From contig JBBTRB010000004.1 in assembly GCA_038065395.1 (NCBI GenBank), positions 6,042 through 70,041 on the forward strand: DNA of 64,000 bases. The letters are read 5' to 3'. Position 1 is the stretch's first letter. Each line of letters begins with the position of its first letter. Below, piece by piece: positions 30,541 through 39,286 of this stretch. Both the position numbers and the translations under genes were made by a program. The DNA comes from Patescibacteria group bacterium. GTDB lineage: Bacteria > Patescibacteriota > Minisyncoccia > Phycocordibacterales > PALSA-1337. Below the pieces are notes generated by a model that was not told where the DNA came from, did no database searches, and worked only from the letters and a program-made list of their open reading frames with translations.

Positions 30541-30612
30541 TGCCCTCGGCAGGAATCGAACCTGCATCTATTCCTTAGGACGGAACTGTTCTATCCATTG
30601 AACTACAAGGGC
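30541..30612 (-). tRNA. tRNA-Arg (anticodon CCT)
   Basis: Reverse complement folds as a cloverleaf: acceptor GCCCTTG/CGAGGGC, T-arm GCAGG-TTCGATT-CCTGC, anticodon loop GTCCTAA. Confidence 0.7.
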
Positions 30613-30694
30613 GGAAAAGTAAGCTCGTACCTTTCAACTCTACACCAAACAATAGACTCTCGCCATCTGAGCCATGATTTGCTATAGTAGCGCC

Positions 30695-30961
30695 ATGACG
30701 CCCGAAGAACGTTCTTTGCTCGAACGAACCCATAAACTCGCCGAAGAGAACAACGCTCTTCTACGCAGTATGCGACGCATGTCACGCATATCGGGTGCCT
30801 TACGCATTCTCTACTGGGTCGTCATATTGGGAGTCGGTTTCGGTACATTCTATGTCATTCAGCCGTACGTAGAGTCCTTGCTCACTGTCTTTGGAGATAT
30901 CCAGGCAGCTAGCGGACAGTCTCCCGGAACAGCCAGCTTATTCCTGGATTTGCTCAAGTAG
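30695..30961 (+). CDS. Hypothetical small membrane protein between two tRNAs
   Basis: ORF with a coiled-coil N-terminus and one TM. Confidence 0.35.
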   Translation: MTPEERSLLERTHKLAEENNALLRSMRRMSRISGALRILYWVVILGVGFGTFYVIQPYVESLLTVFGDIQAASGQSPGTASLFLDLLK

Positions 30962-30970
30962 CGTTTGGTC

Positions 30971-31000
30971 ACCAATTCGCCAAGGTAGCTGTCTTGGTAG
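30971..31000 (+). repeat. Partial duplicate of the tRNA-Phe 5' region (accaattcgccaaggtagctgtcttggtag)
   Basis: 26/30 identical to 31029-31058, which spans the start of tRNA-Phe. Confidence 0.4.
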
Positions 31001-31035
31001 GTAACATGATAGATTGAAAATAGCATAACCAATTT

Positions 31036-31111
31036 GCCAAGGTAGCTCAGTTGGTAGAGCATTCCCCTGAAGAGGGAAGGGTCACCAGTTCGATCCTGGT
31101 CCTTGGCACCA
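31036..31111 (+). tRNA. tRNA-Phe (anticodon GAA) with encoded CCA
   Basis: GCCAAGGTAGCTCAGTTGGTAGAGCATTCCCCTGAAGAGGGAAGGGTCACCAGTTCGATCCTGGTCCTTGGCACCA; canonical cloverleaf. Confidence 0.9.
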
Positions 31112-31234
31112 CAGAGCACCTCTATAATCTTCACCTGCTTCGTTATTTTCTACGCTCAAACTCTCACCATATACTTGATATGGCTCGAGTTTTCGCTTGA
31201 AAATGCCTCGTATATGAAAATCGTGGATACGCTC
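31112..31234 (+). repeat. Structured intergenic repeat, copy D (directly after tRNA-Phe)
   Basis: Same element; hairpin 1 carries a compensatory double change (CCATAT...ATATGG vs CCGTAT...ATACGG). Confidence 0.6.
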
Positions 31235-31355
31235 ATATTCTCGGAACGATCCCAAAAACCTAGATTCTACAAGGGTCTGGGTGGGCTTGACATTTCATAT
31301 TAAATGATATAATATACGACTCACGCATATTAACGCGCAATTTCCCCAAAATCCT

Positions 31356-32729
31356 ATGAATAATCCAATCATTTCAGCATACAAAGCCCTGGCGATCGCT
31401 GTGATAGCTATCACGGTAGTATCGATGGTTCCAAGCTCTGCACGCGCATCTGACTTCTTCGATGACCTCGGTCGTATTATCGACCCTGCATGTCTTTTTG
31501 CGTGTGACAACGACTCACCAAAGCGCGTTACCAAGACAGTTACTACAACCAACAACTATACCAACAGCAACAACGTCAACAGTAACATCAACAGTCCTGG
31601 TGCTGTTGTCGTAGATGGCAACGCATACAACCAGACACCAGTATACGCATATGACTATCCGTCATACCCATCATATCCTCAGCAAAACAGTCCTTTGATG
31701 GTCTCTTGTTATCCTATGCCACTTTCTGCCCAAGAAGGCGATCGTGTTCACTGGGTTGCATCTGCCTATGGAGGCAATGGCTCATACAACTACAGTTGGT
31801 CAGGTACCAACGGTCTCTCTGGTAGTGGTGCCGAAGTTACCAAGCGCTACACAAGTTCTGGTTACAAGAACGCCACGATCCGTGTGATCTCTGGCAACCA
31901 AACCAAATCTCAAAACTGTGATGCATCAGTCTATATTAGTGGTGATTATGATGACGACTATGATTACGACTATCCTCATTATCCCAACTACCCTCAGCAG
32001 TACCCACTCTCGGTCTATTGTTCAGTGAACACTACCTTCGTACAGGCTGGTGGAACAGCTACCTGGACAGCATATGCGTCTGGTGGCAACGGTTCATATC
32101 GTTATAGTTGGTCTGGAACAGATGGTCTCTATGGTTCTGGTCAGAGTATCTATAACCGTTATTACAATACTGGTACCAAGTACGGCACCGTGACCGTTCA
32201 TTCTGACGGACAGAGTGTTACTCGTAGTTGTAACAATGTCTTGAATGTGGGTGTCCCTGTCACCGGGTACAATCCATATCCTCAGGGCAACAACCTCGAG
32301 CTTGATGTTGCATGTTATGCAGATCCTGTCAGTCCTCGTATCAACCAGCCGATCACCTGGACAGTAGAAGTCGTCGGTGGTCAGTCTCCATACACCTATT
32401 CATGGTCTGGAACAGATGGTCTTTCGGGTACCCAGAGTTCTGTAGTCAAATACTACGCTACAACAGGGGAGAAGAGTGCGATCATCGCGATCACCTCTGC
32501 TGATGGACGCAGTACCACACGTGCATGTAGTCATGCGGTATCTGTTCGCGGAGCGGCTTCAACAGTCCAGCCTGCACCACAGGCCCCGGTTAACACCGAA
32601 GATACCAGTCTCTCCGCGGCATCACTCTTCTCTTTGAAGAACGTGCCATGGGGCTTGGTAGCGATACTCGTTATTCTTGTCCTTGCAGGAACAGTCTTGT
32701 ACTTGCTCTTGAATAAGAGCAAGATGTAA
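31356..32729 (+). CDS. Secreted, C-terminally membrane-anchored protein with three ~100-aa repeats (GGNGSY.YSWSGT(D/N)GL.GSG, PKD-like) and Tyr/Pro-rich linkers
   Basis: Signal peptide; three-fold internal repeat; C-terminal TM LVAILVILVLAGTVLYLLL. Confidence 0.55.
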   Translation: MNNPIISAYKALAIAVIAITVVSMVPSSARASDFFDDLGRIIDPACLFACDNDSPKRVTKTVTTTNNYTNSNNVNSNINSPGAVVVDGNAYNQTPVYAYDYPSYPSYPQQNSPLMVSCYPMPLSAQEGDRVHWVASAYGGNGSYNYSWSGTNGLSGSGAEVTKRYTSSGYKNATIRVISGNQTKSQNCDASVYISGDYDDDYDYDYPHYPNYPQQYPLSVYCSVNTTFVQAGGTATWTAYASGGNGSYRYSWSGTDGLYGSGQSIYNRYYNTGTKYGTVTVHSDGQSVTRSCNNVLNVGVPVTGYNPYPQGNNLELDVACYADPVSPRINQPITWTVEVVGGQSPYTYSWSGTDGLSGTQSSVVKYYATTGEKSAIIAITSADGRSTTRACSHAVSVRGAASTVQPAPQAPVNTEDTSLSAASLFSLKNVPWGLVAILVILVLAGTVLYLLLNKSKM

Positions 32730-32958
32730 ACGATAGATCGCCTTCGCGGATCTTCAGTGGGTTTACCACGCCGAAGATCCGCTCCGGCGGATCGAAGATC
32801 GAACGAGCGGGCTTGGTCCTCCGAAGCTCTCTGAGCGAAGGAGACTGCGAACTCCAAATACAATAATGTCTACAAAAGGCCCCAGAAATGGGGCTTTTTG
32901 GTGCTATTGACATTGAGTAGTTAAGTATGCTACTATTTATACAGGTAGAAATGATCTT

Positions 32959-33393
32959 ATGACAATCACAACAGAAGAACTACAGGCAACAGCTCCAGCT
33001 GTTCCTGCCAAGGCACAACAGATGTCTGGATTGAAGAATCCTTTTATCTCGTTACAGAGTCTCGAATCTCTGTGCCAAGGGAATGAGACTTTAGAGGAAT
33101 GTCTACGCGACATGGTTACGTATTCGCTTCGATATGCTGAAACAGTCTGTCGATTCGAACAGATCGTAGCCCGTGGACAAGATTCGAACCAGGATGGTGC
33201 ACGTGAAGAAATCGAACGAGTTCGTTCGACTATCCATGATTCAACGATCGATGCAATCAAAATTCTGTCACGGACCATGAGGACTCATGGTAAAGACAAT
33301 GGATGGATTTCGAAGATGCACACGATTGGACGGGCCGGTTACGGCAAGTTTGCAATCCTGATCGCTTTCGAGGTTGTATTGGGAAAGGTGTAA
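32959..33393 (+). CDS. Hypothetical protein
   Basis: ORF only. Confidence 0.35.
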   Translation: MTITTEELQATAPAVPAKAQQMSGLKNPFISLQSLESLCQGNETLEECLRDMVTYSLRYAETVCRFEQIVARGQDSNQDGAREEIERVRSTIHDSTIDAIKILSRTMRTHGKDNGWISKMHTIGRAGYGKFAILIAFEVVLGKV

Positions 33394-33395
33394 CA

Positions 33396-33590
33396 ATGCC
33401 CAACGAACAAAAACAACTTATCCTTCGGTACGCTCAACTGGTTCTCGGTAAAGAAGCCAGAAAAGAGCTGAATGAAACAAATCCTGATCTTGAAAAAGAG
33501 ATGGATACGATTCGTAAGACGCTTGGTGTGGAGCATGAGGCTATCCTCGAGCTTGCGGCCAAAAATGTTGTCGATGAATTCAACTGTTGA
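33396..33590 (+). CDS. Hypothetical small protein
   Basis: ORF starting MPNEQKQLIL, immediately after the upstream stop. Confidence 0.3.
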   Translation: MPNEQKQLILRYAQLVLGKEARKELNETNPDLEKEMDTIRKTLGVEHEAILELAAKNVVDEFNC

Positions 33591-33603
33591 TTTATAACTC
33601 ACA

Positions 33604-33636
33604 TACCCCGCGGACATGTTCCGTGGGGTATTTTTT
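33604..33636 (+). terminator. Intrinsic terminator (TACCCCGCGGA-catgt-TCCGTGGGGTA followed by TTTTTT) between convergent genes
   Basis: 11-bp stem with one G-U pair plus T6. Confidence 0.5.
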
Positions 33637-35391
33637 CTACTTCCTCTCCTTGATCTCTCCCGCCACTTTTTTCAATACTTCTTCTGCACTCATCTGTCCA
33701 ACCTGACCATGATCACGACTTTCGAGAGTGACTTTGTCTACAGCGATGTCTTTGTCACCAATGATGATGAAATACGGGATACGAGCGTTCTTGGCATTGC
33801 GGACTTTTTTGCCGAAGCCGTCGTTGGATAGGTCTACTTCGGAGCGGATCATTTGGTCACGCAAGAGCGTGTTCATCTTCTCTGCTGCAGAGACATGAGC
33901 CTCGCCGATCGGGATGACTTTGACCTGGACCGGAGAGAGCCACAGAGGCAGGTTGCCGGCATAATGTTCGATGAGGAAGCCGATGAAGCGTTCGTGTGTG
34001 CCCAGTGGTGCACGATGGATACAGAGTGGAGTCTTTTTGGTGCCGTCTTTGTCGACGTATTCGAGGTCGAAGCGACGTGTCTGAGCAAAGTCGACTTGGT
34101 TGGTTGCCAGGGTGAATTCTCGGCCGATCGCACTCCATACCTGGACGTCGATCTTCGGTCCATAGAAAGCGGCTTCGTTGGGGATCTCAACAAAAGGGAT
34201 ATTGGACTCGACGAGCACTTTTCGTACCATGTCCTCGGTCTTCTTCCAGAGTTCTGGTTCGTCGACGAACTTGTCACCGAGACGCTTGGGGTCATGGGTG
34301 GAAAAACGCATGACGTACTTGTCGATACCGAAGATCTTGAAGTAGTGGAGATACATGTCGTTGACGGCACGGAACTCTTCTGCGAATTGTTCTTCGGTAC
34401 AGTAGAGGTGGGCATCGTTCATCTGCATCGAGCGTACACGCATGAGACCGAAGAGTTCACCGGATTTCTCATGACGATATACAGTGCCGTATTCGGCCAG
34501 GCGCAAGGGTAGGTCGCGATAACTCTTGGGACGAGCAGCAAAGATCTTGTGATGGTGCGGGCAGTTCATGGCCTTGAGATAGTACTTGCCACCCTCATAC
34601 TCCATCGGAGGGAACATGGAATCTTCGTAGTAAGGGAGATGTCCACTCTTTTTGTACATGGATTCTTTTGCGATATGAGGTGTGTGTACGCGTTCGTAGC
34701 CAGCTTTGAATTCGGTTTCTTTTGCGAGCTTCTCGAGTTCTTCGATGATAGCGCCACCGTTGGGCAACCACAGTGCGAGACCAGGACCTACATCATCATC
34801 AAAATCGAAGATGTCGAGCTCTTTGCCCAGCTTGCGATGGTCGCGCTTCTCGGCTTCTTTCATCATCTGCTCGTATGCATCGAGCTCTTTTTTTGTGTTG
34901 AATGAGAGACCGTAGATACGGGTGAGCTGTGTGTTGTTCTCGTTGCCACGCCAATATGCTCCCGCGATGTGGGTGAGTTTGAATGAGTCGGGTGCAATGT
35001 CTGATGACGGGTTGTCGCTATGTCCACCACGACAGAGGTCGGTGAAGGCGCCAGCAGTATAGAGAGTGATAGGCTCTTTCTTGTCTCCTATTTCGTCGAT
35101 CAACTCTTTTTTGTATTTGTTTCCCTGAAATGCGGTACGTGCTTCGTCAGCTGAAGTTTCTCTACCGGTCATCGCCTTCCATGAAGGGAGGAGTTGGCGC
35201 ATCTTCTTTTCTATTTCTTTGAGGTTCGCGTCGGTGATCGGGGTACTGAACTCGAAGTCGTAATAAAAGCCATTGCCGATAGCGGGACCGATGGTCGGCT
35301 TTGCATCTGGATAGAACTCCAAAACTGCTGCGGCCAATAAATGGGCGAGTGTGTGGCGCTTTGCCTGGAGTTGAGGGTCGGTGGGGTTCAT
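33637..35391 (-). CDS. thrS: Threonine--tRNA ligase (short form without N-terminal TGS domain)
   Basis: HTLAHLLAAAVLEFYPDAKP editing-domain motif, class II motifs, HRAPLGTHERFIGFLIEHYAGNLPLWLSP anticodon-binding region. Confidence 0.9.
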   Translation of the reverse strand: MNPTDPQLQAKRHTLAHLLAAAVLEFYPDAKPTIGPAIGNGFYYDFEFSTPITDANLKEIEKKMRQLLPSWKAMTGRETSADEARTAFQGNKYKKELIDEIGDKKEPITLYTAGAFTDLCRGGHSDNPSSDIAPDSFKLTHIAGAYWRGNENNTQLTRIYGLSFNTKKELDAYEQMMKEAEKRDHRKLGKELDIFDFDDDVGPGLALWLPNGGAIIEELEKLAKETEFKAGYERVHTPHIAKESMYKKSGHLPYYEDSMFPPMEYEGGKYYLKAMNCPHHHKIFAARPKSYRDLPLRLAEYGTVYRHEKSGELFGLMRVRSMQMNDAHLYCTEEQFAEEFRAVNDMYLHYFKIFGIDKYVMRFSTHDPKRLGDKFVDEPELWKKTEDMVRKVLVESNIPFVEIPNEAAFYGPKIDVQVWSAIGREFTLATNQVDFAQTRRFDLEYVDKDGTKKTPLCIHRAPLGTHERFIGFLIEHYAGNLPLWLSPVQVKVIPIGEAHVSAAEKMNTLLRDQMIRSEVDLSNDGFGKKVRNAKNARIPYFIIIGDKDIAVDKVTLESRDHGQVGQMSAEEVLKKVAGEIKERK

Positions 35392-35485
35392 GGATGGTAA
35401 TATAGCATTTTTAGTGTAATTACAACATAGATATAAGGTCCAGGAAATTGTTCAGTGTATATATTAGCATTATAATTAGCAATCT

Positions 35486-35965
35486 ATGGATTTTGACGCT
35501 CTTAAATTCAATAGGATAAAAGAAGAGGCCGAGAGTTTCTATAAATCTCTAGGTGAAATTTACTGTCCGTATTTTAAAGAAAAGGTCTCTTTTAACAGAA
35601 AAGGCTTCGAGCACTTAAAGTTTATTGGAAGAGGTCAAGCACGTTCAGAGAAAGATCAATTTCAGAGATTTAGATTATTACATCTTGCTCCTCAGGTCTT
35701 GGGTTTGACTACTACAATACAAGGGGTCTGGAATACAAGTCATTTCGAAGAGATTAAGAGTAATTCCAGAGTAGAATTTCTACTCAAAAATGTAACTTAC
35801 TACGAATTCATTTCGGTACTTACGTATAAACAAAACTTAAGAAGGGTTAGAATTATAGTTAAGCAAGTAGAAAATAGTTCTAAATACTTTTGGAGTATTA
35901 TTCCAGATTTCAAAAATAAGATAGGTCAAACAAGGGCAATGGGTCTGGAGTTGGAGAATGAGTAA
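35486..35965 (+). CDS. Hypothetical protein encoded in an AT-rich islet
   Basis: ORF with markedly lower GC than its flanks. Bounded by the thrS promoter region and a strong terminator. Confidence 0.4.
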   Translation: MDFDALKFNRIKEEAESFYKSLGEIYCPYFKEKVSFNRKGFEHLKFIGRGQARSEKDQFQRFRLLHLAPQVLGLTTTIQGVWNTSHFEEIKSNSRVEFLLKNVTYYEFISVLTYKQNLRRVRIIVKQVENSSKYFWSIIPDFKNKIGQTRAMGLELENE

Positions 35966-35968
35966 CAA

Positions 35969-35996
35969 AAAACACCACGATGTGGTGTTTTTTGAA
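35969..35996 (+). terminator. Intrinsic terminator (ACACCAC-gat-GTGGTGT followed by TTTTTT)
   Basis: Seen directly after the stop at 35963-35965. Confidence 0.5.
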
Positions 35997-36100
35997 GGCA
36001 CTTGGCTACAGTGTGAATCAAACAAGAACTGTGAGAGGGCCTTAGCCCTTCCAAGTGCTAACTATAGTTTAGTGTATGAGTTATAAAAAATCAAGTTGAC

Positions 36101-37030
36101 TTGAGTGTGTATACGGGGGATCATATACACATGTCCCACCCTCTTTTCAGAAAAGTCATCCCTGCTCTCTCGATAGTAGTCGCACTGGTCGCAGTTAGTG
36201 TTGCGGTATATGCACTGACCGGTAATGCACCAGAACAAAAGCTTGGTATCTTCCTGTATCCAGAGACGATCTTGCCGGGCGATCCGGTGTTCGTGACGAT
36301 ACATGCAACCTCAACTCCCGTAGAAGTATTCGTCGATGGCCAGATAGTCCCGATATTCTTATACCAGGGAGTACCTCATGCACTGTACGCGGTTGATTTT
36401 AACGAAAAGGTCTTGGCACACGAAGTCAAGGTGGTTTTCGAAAGTGGGGAGGTCAGGGAGGTTCCTTTTACCATCACACCACGAGCCAAGATCGAAAGAC
36501 CGATCGGTATCCCAGAGAAGCTCGGTGGCAATACGCCGGTGGCGAGTAAAAACCTGGTGAACAATCTAGCCCGAGAGAATGCAGAGATCGCACGTGTCAC
36601 ATCGAGTGTTACACAGCTATGGGAAGATGCGTTCGTGCTACCTCTCACAAATATTTTCGTAACTGACGACTACGGCTATGACCGGGCAACTGTTGGACAG
36701 ACGATCGTCCACAAGGGCACGGACTTCCGTGCGGCTACGGGCACTCCGGTTGTGGCCATGAATGCGGGTAAGGTAGTTCTCGCCAAAGAATTCACCGTCT
36801 ATGGCAACACGGTCATCGTAGACCACGGTCTCGGTGTCCATACGCTCTACATGCACCTCTCTCATCTCGATGTGAAGGTGGGGGACACGGTCGTGCGAGG
36901 ACAGCTCCTGGGGCAGAGCGGTGTGACTGGATATGCCAACGCTCCACATCTCCATGTCAGTCTAAAAGTAGGAGGAGTATCGATCGATCCGATGGTGTTC
37001 GTGGGGTTTTGGGAGGAGGTTGACCACTGA
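36101..37030 (+). CDS. M23 family metallopeptidase (LytM domain) with N-terminal TM anchor
   Basis: HKGTDFRAATGTPV...VIVDHGLGVHTLYMHLS...GYANAPHLHVSLKV zinc-binding motifs. Start may be at 36131 (MSHPLF). Confidence 0.8.
   Translation: MSVYTGDHIHMSHPLFRKVIPALSIVVALVAVSVAVYALTGNAPEQKLGIFLYPETILPGDPVFVTIHATSTPVEVFVDGQIVPIFLYQGVPHALYAVDFNEKVLAHEVKVVFESGEVREVPFTITPRAKIERPIGIPEKLGGNTPVASKNLVNNLARENAEIARVTSSVTQLWEDAFVLPLTNIFVTDDYGYDRATVGQTIVHKGTDFRAATGTPVVAMNAGKVVLAKEFTVYGNTVIVDHGLGVHTLYMHLSHLDVKVGDTVVRGQLLGQSGVTGYANAPHLHVSLKVGGVSIDPMVFVGFWEEVDH
36986..37017 (+). repeat. Direct repeat 1 (gatccgatggtgttcgtggggttttgggagga) = last codons of the M23 gene
   Basis: Exact 32-nt copy recurs at 39115-39146. 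Confidence 0.7.
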
Positions 37031-37120
37031 TTAAACAAATGTTATTATTTTGACTTAAATCGGATTGCGCTAAGCGCAGTAGCGAAAATTGATCGTTGAA
37101 AACTCAAAAATAAATTCTGA

Positions 37121-38260
37121 ATGAAACAATGTATAGTCAGTATTTGCGTGTATCTTTGTGGTACGTTCGTTTCTCTTGCCGCTGATTTTAGTTTGACATT
37201 TACGCCACATCCAGCAAGGGTCACTTTGGGCTCGAATGTTTTATTGAACACTATCCAATTCTCGTCACGAAACACCTCAGGTGCCCGAGCTGACCTTGTA
37301 TGGATTTTCGATTATCTCCCCGCCCCTGTCTTCCAGACAATTACTGATACTAATGGTGAAGGTCCAGGGTATTGTTTTTGTGGCAGAAGGCAAGACTTCA
37401 ATTTGTTTACGAATTGGAGACTTGTTGATGATCGAGGAATTATTGTTGGCCACGGCTCTGTCATTTTGCCTCATTATCCTGAGACCATGATGGCACGATT
37501 GGTATTTACAAATGTGTCGTTGTCACTAGGAACGAATAAGAACCTGTCATTATCTTTGTTTGCGACCATGGCTTACGATCTTGAAAAAGACATCTCTAGG
37601 GGAATCGTAAGCGGTGATGAAGTGAGAACATCCCTCCTCATGTCTGATCTTAAGATATGGGAAGGAGAAGAACGTCTTTCATTCGAAATGGTTAATAATC
37701 AGCCGGCGCTCGATTATACAATCATTGAGAGGAAACATTATTCAGCGATTGATTTAATAACAGAAGTCGGCGACGAATTGTTGCTTACTGCTCGAGTCGA
37801 ACCTGGTAAACTGTTTAGGCTCGAAGTTGCTGAAAAAATTGACTCGCAAGATAAGTTCAAGAAAGTCTATAGTGGAAGTGAGACTGTTCTTGGGAATGAG
37901 TACGGAGAGATTTTCTTCTTGGTACCCAAATTCTCTGATCGAAACAGATACTTCCGTGTTCGAAGTGTGGAAGATGCAGATATTGATTCGTTCGATCTTG
38001 TCCATATAGGAATTATTCTTCTGGAAAATGGAAGTAATTCTGAAACGGTTCGTGCAGGACAAGTCCTAATTCGTCCGGAAATCAGAACAACAGAACGGGT
38101 TAGGCCGATCGAATACAATTGGTTATCTGATATTGGTGAAACTGGACATCAGGAGAATTTCGCTCCCACTTTCGCGGCAGGAGTACACTGGGTTAGGCTC
38201 TATGTGCGAGGTGCTGCCACTGATGCATTAGCATTTAAGTGGATCATTGTCCGTCCGTAA
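37121..38260 (+). CDS. Hypothetical secreted protein (signal peptide)
   Basis: ORF with N-terminal hydrophobic leader MKQCIVSICVYLCGTFVSLAA. Confidence 0.5.
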   Translation: MKQCIVSICVYLCGTFVSLAADFSLTFTPHPARVTLGSNVLLNTIQFSSRNTSGARADLVWIFDYLPAPVFQTITDTNGEGPGYCFCGRRQDFNLFTNWRLVDDRGIIVGHGSVILPHYPETMMARLVFTNVSLSLGTNKNLSLSLFATMAYDLEKDISRGIVSGDEVRTSLLMSDLKIWEGEERLSFEMVNNQPALDYTIIERKHYSAIDLITEVGDELLLTARVEPGKLFRLEVAEKIDSQDKFKKVYSGSETVLGNEYGEIFFLVPKFSDRNRYFRVRSVEDADIDSFDLVHIGIILLENGSNSETVRAGQVLIRPEIRTTERVRPIEYNWLSDIGETGHQENFAPTFAAGVHWVRLYVRGAATDALAFKWIIVRP

Positions 38261-38387
38261 TTGAACGGAATTATTTTATACCACCGTTCGCGTAACAGCG
38301 ACTGGTGGTTTTTTATTTCCCACAACGCTACACCTTCACTCACCCCACCAGAGTATCGATTTACTAATATAACTATACAGATGTATC

Positions 38388-39044
38388 ATGACTATCTATA
38401 AAAAATGGTTACAAAGGGTTGTGCGAGGAGTTGGGGTGATCGTAGTGACAGTACTCGTATCCGGGATATCCGCATCTGTCTTTGCGGCGACGTTGGAGCG
38501 TGAACTAGAGGTAGGCGCAACAGGGACTGATGTATCTGCACTGCAGACATTTCTCGCACAAGACTCGACGATATATCCGCAAGGTCTCGTTACCGGATAC
38601 TTCGGCTTTCTTACTAAGGCAGCAGTCTCGAATTTCCAAAGTCGCAATGATATCCCTACCGTGGGTCGTGTCGGACCTTTGACCTTGAGAATACTCAACA
38701 GTCAGATGTCGGGACCTATTGTGGGTAGCAGCGGTGTTGCACCGACTATATCCAATGCCTCCATAAGTACCGGCAGGAACAGTGTGAATCTCAACTGGAA
38801 TACCAACGAGTACGCAAGTGGTGTTGTGTACTACAGTGAGAATCCTCTTATATTGAGAGAACAATTCAACTCTGTCGATGTGTCAGGGAACTTCTCTACA
38901 GCTAACGCTGGTTCAGGTACGTCACTGAATGCAGTGATCTCCGGATTATCATCGGATACACGATATTACTACATGGTCTATGTGACAGATCAAACAGGCA
39001 ATGTCAGTGTCATGTGGCCGTCTACCTTCCAAACAACAAACTAA
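38388..39044 (+). CDS. Peptidoglycan-binding (PG_binding_1) domain protein with C-terminal FN3-like domain
   Basis: GTDVSALQTFLAQ...GYFGFLTKAAVSNFQSRNDIPTVGRVGPLTL matches the PG-binding repeat. N-terminal TM. Confidence 0.6.
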   Translation: MTIYKKWLQRVVRGVGVIVVTVLVSGISASVFAATLERELEVGATGTDVSALQTFLAQDSTIYPQGLVTGYFGFLTKAAVSNFQSRNDIPTVGRVGPLTLRILNSQMSGPIVGSSGVAPTISNASISTGRNSVNLNWNTNEYASGVVYYSENPLILREQFNSVDVSGNFSTANAGSGTSLNAVISGLSSDTRYYYMVYVTDQTGNVSVMWPSTFQTTN

Positions 39045-39068
39045 TCTATATACAATTTGGAAGAACAT

Positions 39069-39100
39069 GAAACCGTTTCATCATATATGAACGGTTTTTG
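39069..39100 (+). terminator. Terminator-like hairpin (AACCGTT-n-AACGGTT followed by TTTTG)
   Basis: Located after the stop of 38388-39044. Confidence 0.4.
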
Positions 39101-39114
39101 TGTGTGGGGAGATA

Positions 39115-39146
39115 GATCCGATGGTGTTCGTGGGGTTTTGGGAGGA
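39115..39146 (+). repeat. Direct repeat 2, exact copy of 36986-37017
   Basis: 32/32 identity, extends to ~35/36 with flanking bases. Confidence 0.7.
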
Positions 39147-39286
39147 ATACATTTACAGCAGGTAAGATTACATAGGATTGGACTATCGGATACTTTTATG
39201 GTATCTATATTTTAGAAACTATACTGGAAAACACCCAGAATAACGCACCTTTACAGTTAAGGTGACGAACAACCTGAAAGGATGAT

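Noticed and set aside
32746-32782. 10-bp GC hairpin GCGGATCTTC...GAAGATCCGC after the PKD-like gene, considered as a terminator
   Set aside because: No T-tract follows on either strand, so it is not a canonical intrinsic terminator. It may still be an RNA stability element.
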